DNA of 64,000 nt, from NCBI RefSeq assembly GCF_009914755.1, contig NC_060927.1, one strand, 5' to 3'. This stretch comes from the human T2T-CHM13v2.0 reference genome, Homo sapiens. A model generated the notes under the pieces. It searched no databases. It had not been told where the DNA came from and saw only the letters and a program-made list of their open reading frames with translations. The stretch's first letter is position 1; the number at the start of each line of letters is the position of its first letter. Shown here piece by piece: positions 27,183 to 42,100 of the stretch. The position numbers and the translations under genes are program-made.

Positions 27183-28056
27183 GCAGGCCACCCAAGGCAG
27201 TTTTCAAGTTTTTCCTACTCAATGCCTAAGGAAAAACAAAATAAACAAAATCTGGAAAATAAAACAAAATAGGATTTTCTTTTATTTTAAGAGGGGACTT
27301 TTAAGACATGGGTTTTTCCAAAAAAAACTTTTCCCTGGAGGTTTCAAATATTCACTATTTAGTCTGAAATTATGAAGATAAGAAAAGAACTAACAAAGCA
27401 TACAAAAAATGTCAATTAATAATACTTTGCTCATGTCAAAGTGTGGTAAGGATTTTAAAAGCAGCTATGTGCTTGACTATTTGTAGCAAGGGCATGGCAA
27501 GAAGCTAACTACTGAGAGGCTATGTAGGGACAAGTTTCCTATACTTATATATTTTTTTCCTGACCCCATAGTGTAGGGACATAATAAAAATCTAAAGATG
27601 CTCAATTTTCATGATCTTTTGGAGCAGTGTTTTCTTCCTGCTTTCTGAAATAGATCCTTCTAGGTACTTTTTAAAATATCCTTTGCAGTAGGTCTTAATT
27701 ACTGGACTTTCTCAAATGTGAGCTAGATTCTCATCTCTTTGTAAGCAACACTGTTTCTCAAAAAGACCTCAATGATCGTATTTTTTTTAACATCCAAATA
27801 TACACAACTCCCAAATTCAGATTTGAAGCTCAGATCTCAAGCTTCCCTAGATCTTGTATATCCAACTGTTATGCTTCTGATAATGGTACTTGGGCTTGCA
27901 ATTCCTCAAGCAAATGCCAGATGATGGTGATAATGTTGTTTGTTTGCATAAACTGTAGGTAAAATACCTTGTTTCCTCTCTATAATGAAATATGTCAGCA
28001 ATTTAACAAAATCTAGGAAATTTGGTTTTATATTTCAAATAATGAAATCATATTAG

Positions 28057-28591
28057 TGATGGTGTTCAGGACATACTGTCTCAAAATATGGCACCTTGGC
28101 ATACGGCATATTGAATTTGAGAAAATGGCAGAAGCAGGAAGGTCTCAGACCTTCCCCGACACTTTCCCTTGAAGCAGGTTATAAAACCTAGAAAGGATTT
28201 TCTGACCTTTTCCCAAAGCAAGTCATGAGACCCGCATATGAGAGGTGTCCTTGCTGTACTCAGAAAAAAAAAAGGAGCATCCTTAGCTCCAAAGAACACA
28301 GAGGAAACTGAACCAACCGGCCTTGCTAAGTTTCCCCCAGTATACCACATTTAGTTCATACTCTGTCCTATGGTATTTATTCACAACTGTTCACTCTTCA
28401 TCAAACCTATTGTTTAAAAAATACCCAGGTTTAACTATTTCATTGGGTCTTCATTTTTTTGGAGCTTCCCATATATGTAAAATGTATATTAAATAAACTA
28501 CGCTTTTCGCTTGTTAGTTTGTCTTTTGTCACAGAGGCCTCAGCCATGAACTTAGAAGGGCAGAAGGAAAAAACATCTTTCCTCCTCTCCA
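28057..28591 (+). mobile_element. MER31-like ERV1 solo LTR
   Basis: TG...CA termini, tgttcaggacata...caaaatatggcaccttggca, ccttgctaagtttccccca, AATAAA near 28492. Flanks are ttag / tttg. Confidence 0.85.
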
Positions 28592-30333
28592 TTTGGTTTT
28601 TATAAGAGATAATGAAAGGAACACTTATAGGAGAAAGACATGAAAATTCAGCGGCCTAGGCTTACAGCGCCTCCCTCTAAATAACCCAATGACTTACATA
28701 ACAGCTATTTATCTCTGTCAGTACGTTTAGAGACTTATAGAAACCATCAGATATCAGAATTCAGTGCAAAAGTAGAAGCGTCAGGTTTTTCTGTAACTCC
28801 TACGCTTGCAGTTTACTCTCCCCATAGACTTGTAATGTTTATCTTTATAATGATAAGGAAAAAACATCACTTTCTGTTATGGCTTTATGCCTATTTTATG
28901 TAGTACAGAATAAACCTAATAAAATGATGTTGGGATTGTTCCATAAGGCATTCTAAAACTTCTTCTTCCTAGTAGTTGAATTAGAGTTTTTAGTCATTAA
29001 TAAGACACATGGCATCATAAAAACACAAAATCTGAAATAAAAAGAAAGATGTTTTGTCCAGGATTCAGAAAAATATTTTGTCTCCATTTTGCCATATGCT
29101 TCATGAGATCTTGTACTAAGCTTTTCTCACTTACTGCTGACTTCTGGGCACCATGGTACCATACCTGGCAGCTAGCACAGTAGCTAAGAATAAGTAGGTG
29201 CTTTGTTGACTAAATAATTAGATTTTGGAAATTTTACTTTCTATCAAAATACCACAAATTACTCTTCCATAAAAATGGAAACATTTTCTTAGATCGAATC
29301 ATTAATATGAAGATCAAAGGAGATATGTATTATTTTCATGGTCTGCAAACCCTTAGTGTCATGCCAAATTCTTTGATGTTATTCTTTTTGTTACTAACTA
29401 AAGTAACTGGATTCAACAACAACAACAACAATACAAAATGCTAGAGCTAAAAACTTTGTAACTAACTATGTCTTCTATCTTGTACACCCCCCACTGCCCT
29501 CCCTGCTTAGGCGCATAACAGCTTTGAATGATCTGAGCTACCTACGTTCTGCTTTATTTTGCCTCTGCTCCTGAGCATGGACAAAAAGAATCAAACAGCT
29601 TATTTAATGAACGTCACTATAAATTCCTGGTTAGTTTGCAATAATACCTCTAAAATCTCTATTGCTTAAAGCAAAGCACATTTCTTCTTCACACTTTAGG
29701 TTCATTGGTGTGGGTTCTTTTCCATGTCAAACTCAAGACACAGCAGCCACTGTTTGGAGCATTTGTCAGTTGTTGTGACGGGAGAAGAGAGGTTTGGAGG
29801 GTTTTCACTGGACATTTAAATCCTCTTTCTAGAAGTGGCACTCAGACACTCAATAAATTCATTGTCTGGAAACAGTTACATGGGGAATAAGAAGTGAAAG
29901 TCTGCCATGGGCTCAGAGGGAGAAGAACTCTGGGGAAATACAGGATGAAGAATGCTAATAGCTACCGCACCCTGGATCTTCAGAGAATCCCTCAAATCCT
30001 ACTTGTCCTTAATCTTTTCTCTTTGACTTCTGTTTCCCACAAAAGCAATTTCCAACTTTCTCACTTGTTTTCAAACTTCCAGTTTACCAACTATCATCCA
30101 GTTTCTTAAGATGTCTGTCCACTAGTTCATGGAAAACTGGAAACTATCAATACCCACAAGGTGGTAAGCTCTGTGAGAACAGGAATCATACCTGTCTCCT
30201 TTGCAATTATCCTTTCTGCCTACCATGGTAGCTGTTGTTAAGTAAATATTTATTGAAGGGTTTTTAATTATTACATAAATCTGGACTCTTCTGTCTAGGT
30301 TTCAATGATCATTTTTCAATTATTATGTAAATC

Positions 30334-30833
30334 TCTGGTAGGCTAATCAATGGCCCATCAAGAGATATCCAAGTCTGAATGCTTGCACCTTTTAAATGTT
30401 AACTTACTTGAACTAAAGAGGTCTTTGCAGATGTGATTAAGGATCTTGAGATGAGAAAACTTCCCTGAAAAATGTAACCATACACATCTTTATTATATGG
30501 AAACAAAGGGATATTGACACACATAAACACAGAAGAGAATGTGAGAAGAAGATGAAGAAGAGAGAGATGTGAAGATGCTGGCCTTGAGGATTGAACTGTT
30601 GTGGCACCTTGGTGCCAGCCAAGGAATGCTGGCACCCATCCAAACCTAGAAGAGGCAAGGAATAGACTCTTCCCTGGAGCCTCAGGAAGGAGCTTGGCCC
30701 TGCTGACACCTCAATTCCTCCACCAAGTGATAATGATTTTTAACCTCTGACCTTCAAAAGTATAATAGAATGCAATATGTGTTGCTTTAAGCCATGAATT
30801 TTGTGATAATTTGTTATAGGAAACTAATATACA
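30334..30833 (+). mobile_element. MLT1C/D-like MaLR LTR
   Basis: ctttgcagatgtgattaaggatcttgagatg and agaagaggcaaggaatagactcttccctggagcc, ending aaactaatataca. Confidence 0.88.
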
Positions 30834-32419
30834 TTGCATAGATTTAACATTTTTTTTTTCTAGAATTTGTGCACTGAGCAAAGAAAAAAATTCCTATACT
30901 TGAAAATGTTTAATACTAACCTGGAAGTAAAAAATGTGTTTTGATTTGTATCCACATATACTTGTTACATTTTGAGGAGTTACAACACTCGCAGCATTTG
31001 TTTTACTTCCTTGAAATGAGTAGATTTATAAACTTTAGAATGGAGTCTTCAGAATATCAAAATCAGACTCTGTCTGAATGTATTTGACTGTCTCCCAAAT
31101 TTCGATGGTTTAAAATATATTCACTATAATTGCTGTGGTTTGTGGAGGTAAAATTGTATATGGTTAAATTTCCATAGTTGTGGTAGCATTGAGGCTTACC
31201 AAAATTATGAGTTTGTTTATTGGGTTAACTCCCAGCTCTCTGTTCTTCTCTCTTTACAAATTAATAATATTCTATATGTACTTGTTTTGCTTCTGCATCA
31301 GTTCCTAATTTTCTTTTCTTCAAATTACCAAAATATATTGGCATTGCTGCAATAAAACGAAAACCTAATCCTTTGCAAAATATAAAGAATATGTAGAACT
31401 CTACAAAAGTCTTTAAGACTTTCTTTAGAAGCCAGGTTACAAGCATGTAATGTTTCTTTTTCAGGTATGAAAGCAAATGCGATAGTCACATTCAAATGAC
31501 AGTCACAGAGTCTCATAAAAGCCAAAATACTGAATTGCAATTTAGGTAACTGTTGACAATGGGTTATGGGTTATGTGAAGAAATTGAAACTTTCTCTTAC
31601 ACATCTGCTTACTTGCTCAGATACCTTTGCACTAATTTTAAACTCTCAAAGTATGTATACTTACAATTCTCTAGTAGTATATAAAAATATTTACATCCTA
31701 GGCAAATTACTTTATATTCTAGTATTTGTCCATTAATGTTTTATTTGTTTCATTACAACAGTATTTTATTTTTATAAAAAAGAAAGGATTTTTATAAATC
31801 TACCATGATAGATTTGTAAAATATAGATTTCTAAAAAATCCTTTTTTTTTTTTGACTAATGCAATGCCTTTTTGTAACAATTGGATGCAATTGTAAGTTG
31901 CTTCCCAGAGGAATAAAAAAACAATTTGTTATGCGATACTTTGTTGGTTTATAAAAGTCATATTGCTGCTTTTGGAACGGATTTGCTAACAGCCATGAAT
32001 GCATTGGGAGGTTTCAGCTTACTGTCTTATTTCTGGCTGGTCCCAAAACCAGCAGCACAGAGATAATCCCTTTGTTTCTATTTAGATTGTGAATCCCCTG
32101 TGCCTCCCGAATATTAATCAGTGTTTATTTCACTTCTCTTCCGTGCCTGCCCTCTACAGTCTTCACGACAATATAATAAGACACAGCTGATGCTGTTTGT
32201 TTATTCCTGTTGAGATTTTTTAACATCCGACTTTTTCTCTGTTACATTCAGCTTCACCCACTCTCACTCTAATGCTAGCTCTATTTCTCTTTCACTGGCC
32301 CCTGAGGGAGCCTCATATATGCAAAAAACGCCCTTTGAAGTTGAAGAGAGCTTCCCCTTTCAATAGTCTTCATTATCCAGGACGCCAAAAAAGAATAAGT
32401 GCCTCCCAAACAACTGAAT

Positions 32420-32540
32420 ATAGGAGCTGTGTCTCCTCTGTGTTGGACAGGACCCTCTTCTCCCCATTTCTTCCAGAACCTAGAGTGGTGCCAGCCCCCT
32501 GTGGGTGTTCCTTAAATGTTAAATGAATGGATGAATGAAA
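32420..32540 (+). mobile_element. L2 3' end
   Basis: ccagaacctagagtggtgcc...ttaaatgttaaatgaatggatgaatgaa. Confidence 0.65.
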
Positions 32541-34419
32541 GCCAATGTGAGACTATAAGAAGAAAAACACAAAACTAAATGTTAAGCACAAAAGCAGTCA
32601 CATTTTCCAGTTGAATCAAAAGCAGGCTGTTTCTGATCAAATAGTGAGGCATTTAGCAAAAAGAAGCAATTGCAGAGGGACCAGTAAAGTGATCCCAGAA
32701 GAGAACTGACTTCAAACAAAAAGGATCAGTCTCATTCTTACCATGTCTGTATTTCCCAAGAGAGCAAGAAAGACCCCTGGTTTTTTGTTTGTTTATTATT
32801 ATTTTTTTGAAACACATTTAATTCTTCTGGAATCTTTTAGATGCTATAAATCAGCAAAAAGTTGTATCATGGAAAAGCTACAGTGAACCTAGAAAAATGA
32901 CAGGTGACAGTGGGTGGCTGGTAAACTAAAATCTGGAAGAACTGTAGAGCACAAATTGGTAACTGCTATGTGGACATCTTTTTCCACATTTTTGTTACCA
33001 CAGCATGACAGCACTTTTTGAATGTTCATGAAGCAAGTACTAAGAAACGGGTTCCAGACATCATAAATATTTCAAAAGCTATTGAGAAAATGAAAGGCTA
33101 AACATATGAGACAGAAATAAAGTGAGAAACAAGGGTTGAATTCAGAAAACAGACACTATATCTAAAGATGTCACCCGAAGATTAGAGTCTTTATTGTTCC
33201 AAATCAAAAAGTTCTGAAGGGAGGAAAAGAACCTCATTTATGGCACTCATCTGTACCTCTCAGTGCAGGCAGAGCAAAACCAGAATCATAGAGACAACCA
33301 AATACTGGCCACTGTGACGAGGAAGAATGTGATCAGCAAATCAAAATGCTACACATTCACAGTAGCATCAGAAGAAGAATAGACAGAGGTTTCTCAAAAC
33401 CACAGGGAGCAAACCAGTAAGAAAGGCAGGGTATACAACTTGAAGGAGGTGGTTAATACATAAGACACATGAAAACCAGCATTCAGATACCCAAATTTTC
33501 TTTTCTCACCAGCCTTTGTCACAGCAACAGAATGATGTGATCTTGGAAGCCATAGAGGCATCAAAGGGCAGTTGCTCTCATGGTTTATATGAGGAAATCT
33601 CAGGTGCTTCTTTCCTAGGGTGAATAATGTGGTAGGATTTGAGCATTACGGGAGAATTGTGAAACGCGCCACCTCTATCCCTGCCTATTTGCACTCTTCC
33701 CTTCTTAGGGTGCCCCAGAACGGACTAATGAAAGCAGTAAGACACTTCCTTCCCCCAACAGTTGGACATGGAGATGAAAATACCCACAGCTGAGAAAGGA
33801 ATCCTTTTAATGATTTCAATTGTACCAAAGCTGCCTATTTCCATATGCAAATCTGAGTCAACTCATTTCAGGTGTACTTTTGTACTTTGCCAGAAAGAGT
33901 CTCATTTCTGCAACTCTACCATGTATATGGGTAGAGTTCTCCTAGTGATGACCCCTCTTTCAGGAGTAATCCCTACTTAATGCCATCTTCAAAGAAACTT
34001 CCTAATTTGGAATTAGTTTATCTTTACCCATGGATGAAGTTCCTCTTTAATAACTATTCTCTTTCATGGCACCCTCTATATGCCAGGCTTTACTATGCCA
34101 GACTAGAAATCCATTCTCTCCCACCTCTGAATATTCTAGTACTACTCATCCTTTAAGACCTAACTAGACTAGTGCTTCCTCCAGGAACCTTTCCCTAGCT
34201 AACATCTGACTCCCACCCCCACCCCAGCTTCTTCAGGATTTAGCAACTTTCCCTCTCTTTGTTCATGGCAGTTGCAACCTTTGTTCTGTAGGCCAGAGAT
34301 ATTTACATAGGAGTTACTTTCTCCACTGTATCATAAGCTTCTTGAAAAAGTATCAAACACTTTGTATTATAAACACTGGCTATACCTGTAAGATAATACA
34401 TTTCAATTTCATAAATTTT

Positions 34420-34620
34420 GGCTCTTCAAACCTATCTAGGATTGAATTCATGCTCTTTTACTTCTCACCTAGTTAACTTGAAAAATCAGTCAACCACTAT
34501 GATTCCCAATTAGCCTAACCGGAAAATGAGAATGATAACACCTGCCTCACAAGGTTGATGTGTACGCAAACGTTCCTGACACTAATTGAGTATGGTAGAT
34601 GTTCAGTAAAAGTCAGTTCC
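34420..34620 (+). mobile_element. MIR fragment
   Basis: aaaatgagaatgataacacctgcctcacaaggttg...gtagatgttcagtaaa. Confidence 0.6.
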
Positions 34621-36125
34621 CTTTTTCTTTCCCCAGTGAATTCTGGAGCTTAATTGCTATGGCTTATTTGACTCCATATAATCAATTACCAGGATTGGAA
34701 AAGAAGATTTTAAACATATAGACTTCATAGTCAAAAGACTTTGTATTTGTTTGTTTTCATTCATTTAATGGAGAAGTAGCTGTGGCTTTACAGGTGATGA
34801 AAATGAACTTTGATTTTATTCTGAGCACAATGGGAAGTAAAGAATTTTCTTAAGAGATGCAAGGAAGTTCTCAACTACTCAATTTAGTTGTACAAACTGA
34901 GAATGAAAATGAGATGCATAGCAATTTGCGGCATTAGACTTATGACAGAAACAAAAATAATCTAGAATGTGTTACACTAGTGAAGTATCACTAACCTAAA
35001 CCTTTGAAAGAATAGGAGAACAGAGCTACAATGGTAAATTGCAGACATGTTCTAAAAGTTTCTCAAACAGTTGGTACTAGACCAGATCAGTGGTACGAAC
35101 TGTTAAATATGTCCAGTTCCCACAATCCCAAAGCTGGATAGGCCTACAGTTTCTTATGGTGATTTCAAGAGTACCCATTCTTTGCTATCTTCTCTCTTCT
35201 CTTTATCTGAAAACCGTGGAACTCCAGAATAGACTTGAAAATGTAGCAGAAATGGCCATTTTAAATATTTAACCCCGAGACACTAATAAGTTAGGCACAG
35301 GAGGTCTACATTGTTGGATTTGAGAAATTTTATGGAAATCTATTTGCCTAAATTCTCTCCTCTCAGGTGCCACATTGACTAAAATATTACCAGAAAAGAT
35401 GCCACCTTTTAGGTAAGAATTTTTTTTCCTTCCCAAGAAAAGAGAAAATAAAGAAAAAAACAAATTACAGCAATCTATGATATAAACTTTTGAATTAATT
35501 ACCGTTCTGAGTCAATTACACATAAAACAGTACTTAAACATTTACTTTCCAACATATTTTTATTGAGAAATTACTATGTGCTAATTACCATAATCAACAA
35601 GATAAAGGCTGTTCTTATGTCTTACATTAACAAGTAAAAAGATATATGTAAAAGACAATTTCAGAAATACATGTGATGATAACCAAGGGTAGCGTGATTA
35701 ACCTGGATACCTGGTTACCTCAAAAAGAGAAGGGGTAATAAAAGTAGGCCTACGAGAGAGAGAGATAAGGAAAATTATGTCAATAATTAGTCTTCTGGTA
35801 TGATATAGAAAGAAAAGAAACAGGTATTTTTTACATTATCCTTCTAAAGAAAATCTATCTTTCTAAAATACGAATTTCTCTTATCTTTAACTTCGGTAGA
35901 AGCAGTATAAACTATTTGTCTTGTTTTTTCATTTTTTCCTGTTACCTAGTTCTAACACAGAAGAGAAGCATAATTGCATTTTTTTAATTCAATACTTTGA
36001 ATTAAATGTTTGAGAAACTTACATAAAATGTTAGAAAAATGGAGGAAAACATTATATAAATTCTTTTGTTAAAAGGAAATATTTGGATGCTTTCAAAATA
36101 AAGAAGTTTATCAACAATAGTACCA

Positions 36126-36827
<702 letters not shown>

Positions 36828-37667
36828 AACACGGTCTTATTTAATACACTTTTCTCATAAAAAGCTCACTTATATTTTAGAAATTATTTCAATAGCCTTC
36901 TAAAGTTAGAGAAGTAGCACTATTATTTTTATTAGTCATTTTACAATAGACATAGAGTTTTTGGTGGAATTTAAAATAAAGAAAGTATTCCAAACAATTA
37001 TAACTAATTCATTTAATTACATATTTTTCATTACTTCCTATAACTGACAGTCTTATTTTATTTCACATGATACATTTACCTTGCCTTTTATAGAAAAAAA
37101 AGTTGAGAATGAAACTTCAAAATCTTTTTTTATTTATGCAAAGTGTAAGCTTGCTATAGATTTTTATACCCAAGTTTTCTCTCTGAGATAGTTAGACAAG
37201 ATTTTATCATATTTATTTACCCTTTTCTAAGAACAGATGTTTTTGTTTATTTGCCTGTTTTTGTGATACAAGTCTAAAATTTTTGAGTACTCACTAAGCC
37301 CCGTTCTTATTAGAGAGAATATGTTTATATTACAACATATATAAATGACTGAATTGAATAAAATGTAAGCCAAAAAAATAAATTGTCTGATATCACATAT
37401 TCCCTACCCCTAAATCTGCCTGAGATGTGAAGACATTGGTTGTTGAAACCAAATATGAGCAAGGAATATATCTGTTACATATATTTTAACCACCTCTGAA
37501 GCCAATCGAATGACCCCATTTTTTGCAAATTCTAACTTATTTCCCTTGGCTTATGTTTGGGTAGCATTTAGTTTCCATAACTTCTTGAACTGATAGGTCA
37601 TATTTAAGCACCTTTCTCACTGAAATAAAAATATAAGACTGATTCACTTATAAATAATATTATAGCT

Positions 37668-37996
<329 letters not shown>

Positions 37997-39929
37997 CTAA
38001 GCACCAAACAATGTGCAGGATAATGATTGTCTACAAGTATTTAAAGGTGTCAACATCACCAGGAAAGACAAATCATTTAACATAGAACAAGATTTTGGCA
38101 ACATTAAACGACTAGCATAATATTGACAGGATGTGGACAATGAATAAGAATTCATGAAGCGGAACTACTTTTGGAAATTGAGTTGTAAATTTTCTTCCCC
38201 TAGTTAAAAGACATGATATGACACAAAAGTTTGTTCTGCAGGCAGAAGGGCCTGAGACAACTCTGTAAGTATTCACTAATAATTGCCCATGATTTGGCAA
38301 CATGCCATTTATTTCCTTTATGATCCATGATCCTACTCAGTATTTTCATTCTCAATAGTTTGTAGATCCTCTGTATAGCCTTATGAGGTAGAAGAAGATC
38401 ATGTCAAACAAAGCAGCCCTAAACCGTACAGTTGTCTAACTGGGAATGCACTTGGATACTAATTTTCCATCATCAATAGAGGAGGTTTAGCCACACCAAA
38501 AATGTTTGGCTCTCTCCCAACACCACAGTTTTGTAAAACTATGGTCAGGAATAGGACTTGGAACATCTTCAAATCTGCATACCTAAGGTACAAAACAGCA
38601 ACTACATTTCTTATGAGTCTACAATGGCAAAATTCTTAGTTACCTTTTTTCTTTTTACTGTATTTTTATAGCAATCATTTTAATTATCTCAGAATTCCTT
38701 CTGCTAATAACAAATGAGAAAAACAGTTTGAATTTAAAACAAAATCTCATTATTTCAATAACGTGTAGCTCTATGGAGCAGTGCCTCTTACCATTCATTT
38801 TAGAGATGATATGGCGATAAGCTCACTCCCACAAGGTAATATTGATTCAACAATCTAGTAATCCCATAAGGACAAAAGAGCGTCCAAGTATTACTTGTTT
38901 TAAATGAGGTCATCCTGCTGGTGCTCTCTGCATCCTTTTCTCAGCTAATTATCTAAGGTGAAATTTATTCATACTTACCATGTATGCAAAGACTGTAGAG
39001 ATAGGTGCATAAAGTGATTTGTCTTAGAGCTCTTGATTCTTCCCCCAAAAGTTAAAGACATTGTGTGGTTCTCTCCACTCTTGAATAAATATGAAAATAA
39101 AAATATATTGCTTAGTAGAGATAGCAAAAGCCCATATTATACACCTGTGCTCTTTAAGACCAACTGGGCAAATACAAATGGTATATAAAACCCGTGTAGA
39201 AATGAAGGTGAAATGAAAAGTGGTACCAGTTTCTAGGTTAAGAAACTGCCTCCCTCAACCCCACACCATAGCCCAATACCCACCAGAAAATTCTCTGCAG
39301 CTCTGTAATAGTTTTAGTTTAGGTCATTGATGAATAAAGTACAGACACCTAAAAATATTTAGAACAAGTTAGGTTTTTAAAAAGTCTCAAAAGTTGGAGT
39401 AAGTGATTTTTTTTTATTTTTAAAGTAATAATGTATAACTGTCTCATTTATCCATTTCACTTGAAACATGCTGATATGGACTTCAAAAAATGTTTTCAAC
39501 CATGACAAAAATCTCAGTTCTATTACTCATGAATTTTTTATATTGCTTTCAATTGCATAATGCGAGAGGTTTGCAATTTTCTTAAACAAAAATGCAAATT
39601 TAAAATCTAAGTTTTTATTTTTTCCCCTTCTCACTCATTTAGGAAATAACTGTAAAATCCATTTCATCAAGATCTTCACAGGTATTCTATAAGAACAAAC
39701 TGAAAATAAAGCCTATATGTGGCTGTGATGGTTTTGAAGATTTAATGGATATCAGGCCAGGAAAATTGTGATTGTTTGGGAGTACCTATAGCATTTCTCA
39801 GGAGCAGTCTCAAAACCAATTTGATAAATACATAAAAACCCATCTGAAAGAACTGACATAAAATCATTTTGGTATTTCATTAGTCAATGTTTATGAAAGG
39901 GCCATTGGTTGTGAGATTAGTAATAAATA

Positions 39930-39982
39930 TTTTGCCATTACTTTCAAAGGCAAAAACAGCAGTTACTTTTGCACTGACCTAA
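39930..39982. mobile_element. Partial MADE1 (Hsmar1-derived MITE)
   Basis: ttttgccattactttcaaaggcaaaaacagcagttacttttgcactgacctaa followed by TA. The left TIR is mostly missing. Confidence 0.85.
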
Positions 39983-41149
39983 TACTATTAAGACTTATAA
40001 AGATTTAGCAAAAAATTTTGAAGAAAACCGAGATAGCTATCCTACCAATTATTTACAGTATTTTAGCATCTCAATCAGTGATCATTTCTTTTCTGAAAGT
40101 CCTTACAAATTCACCTGTATCTAAACACAATCAAGGTTTTAGTTGAAATGTCACTGCCTAGTGTCAAGTATTTTCTCCTGGGACTTTTTGGAGCAATGAG
40201 GTATAATTTATAAATTTCCACTGAGCACATGATTTCTGTCAGCTCCATAGAGTGCAGCCACATGACATATAAACTGCAGTGAGCAGAAATTTTTTCCTTG
40301 TGTCTTGCCTGACTTGTCTTTCCAGTTATTATTTTGGGAATTTCTGAGCCACCATTATCACTTGATACACTTAGACAACTTTTAAAAAGCAGTTATTTTT
40401 CTGAATAATATCATATGTGTCCATTTCATTTCAGTCTGCTTACAAATACCTTCTTGTAAAAAGTCACAGAATTCGAGGGCTTATAGCTCTCATAAGGTTG
40501 GGATGCACACACTTCCTCTGTTTGAGAACGTTTCCCCAGCTCCTACAGGCCTGCTGGCTTAGACACTTCTACTTTCCTTTTCTCACCCTAGCACCTGCCT
40601 GCTATATTTGAGATTGAAGCAATGTACATATTCTCAGGTCTATGGATATGTATGAATACTTCTTGCTTAGGCATTGACAGCCTTAAAATGGGATAACTTC
40701 TTAAATGGATTGCTATGAGTTGTCCGTTTACTCATAGAGCTGCAACTATTAATTTTAATTAACCTGTCTCTATATTTATGACCCCTCTGTAAAAATGTAT
40801 TGTTTCTAGGGCTTATACTTCATCACATAAAAACAACTTTATGCAAACCAAAAGGAGCAAAATTCAAGATCAGAAATTGACTTAAGAGTAAAAAGAAAAA
40901 GGAGTAGAAAGAATATACCACAGATTAGAGAAGGAAAAAGAGCAGTATGTCAAGAGCAAGTGGAATGTGGCTGAAAAAATGGAAACGACAGACACTTCAG
41001 GGACAACTGGAAGGAGGAGCGTCATTGCATTTTGAATATAAATGAATCTCAGGTAATTTCTATAACCCAGAAATAAGCATCTGCTCCAAAAGGGGAAACT
41101 GGTAGTTTGTGTGAGCTAGCAAAATATTAAAAGGGCAGTTAATCTATTA

Positions 41150-42100
41150 CCAAGAGTCTAGTAGAGCCCAGATCATATTCTATGAGATTTGTTGGCTAAA
41201 TATGACAATATCCAAATGCGTTGACCATTATTGCAGACTGTAATAAGTCACAGCAGCAAAGGGACCAACTTCTCTCTAGTACCGTTCAACTAGAACTAAA
41301 AGAGAAAAGCAGGGTGATTACTCTGAGACTAACGAGGGTCAGATCAAGAAATTATTCATGCATTCTCTTGAGTGGAGGAAGGGAGAATTGGAAACAAAAG
41401 ACGGCAATACATTCTGTGAATGGGAAAGAAGAATTCAAGATGACTCCTAGGTTTTCGGCTTGAGCTGCTGTGTGGATGCTACTACCATTTGCTGATATAA
41501 AGATAAAGTGGTAAAATCATGAGCTCCTTTGTGAACATTCTAAATGTGAAATGTTGAATAGATATTTATTGGAGATGTCAAGTAATATGACATCTACAGC
41601 TCTAAGTAGAGGTAAGTGAGACAGAGAGGTTTGCCAGTCATCAACAAATAGATTTAAAGTGGTGGGAATGGATGAGACCATAGAATCATTTAGTGAAAAG
41701 AGACATGGGCCCATTTCAGCATTTAAAGACAGGATATTAAACAAAGAGCCATTGAAGAAGAAACAAACATAGATGGAAAGAGAAGACCATGATAATATTA
41801 TGAGAAGGCAAATGATGAAAATGTTGTTGTTGTTGTTTGTTTTTGACCAGGGGGCATTGATCAACTCTATCCAACAGTACTAAGACGTTGTTTATGATGA
41901 AGCATGACATGAAGATTGTTGCTGACCTAGATGCTTCAGTGGAGTTTTGAAGAGAGGAGCCAGATTCAAAAGAGGTAAAAAAATGCATTATAACATGGGA
42001 TAATAAGGATAAAAATTTCATTTAAGAAATTTTATTGTAACAGTTGCAAAACAATGCAGCAATAGTCAGAGGTGGATATGGAGTAAAGGAATTTTTTTAA
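41150..42100 (-). mobile_element. L2 remnant
   Basis: gaattcaagatgactcctaggttttcggcttgagc, ggagatgtcaagta and ttaagaaattttattgtaa. Confidence 0.7.

Larger units (their letters stand above)
26606..27200 (+). mobile_element. LTR12 (ERV9) LTR, LTR12B/D-like; U3 only, with R/U5 missing
   Basis: Starts TGAGAGGTGACAAC, has an internal TGAGAGGTGAAGC..GGCTGGGCTTCTGGG block and CCAATCAGC repeats. Similarity ends after AATAAAAGCAGGCCACCCAAGGCAG. No 3' LTR end or TSD is present. Confidence 0.93.

Noticed and set aside
38380-38400. let-7-like TGAGGTAG (also at ~9031, 9338, 22693 and 43851)
   Set aside because: Only the 8-mer matches and there is no pre-miRNA hairpin. Several copies are MIR core sequence.
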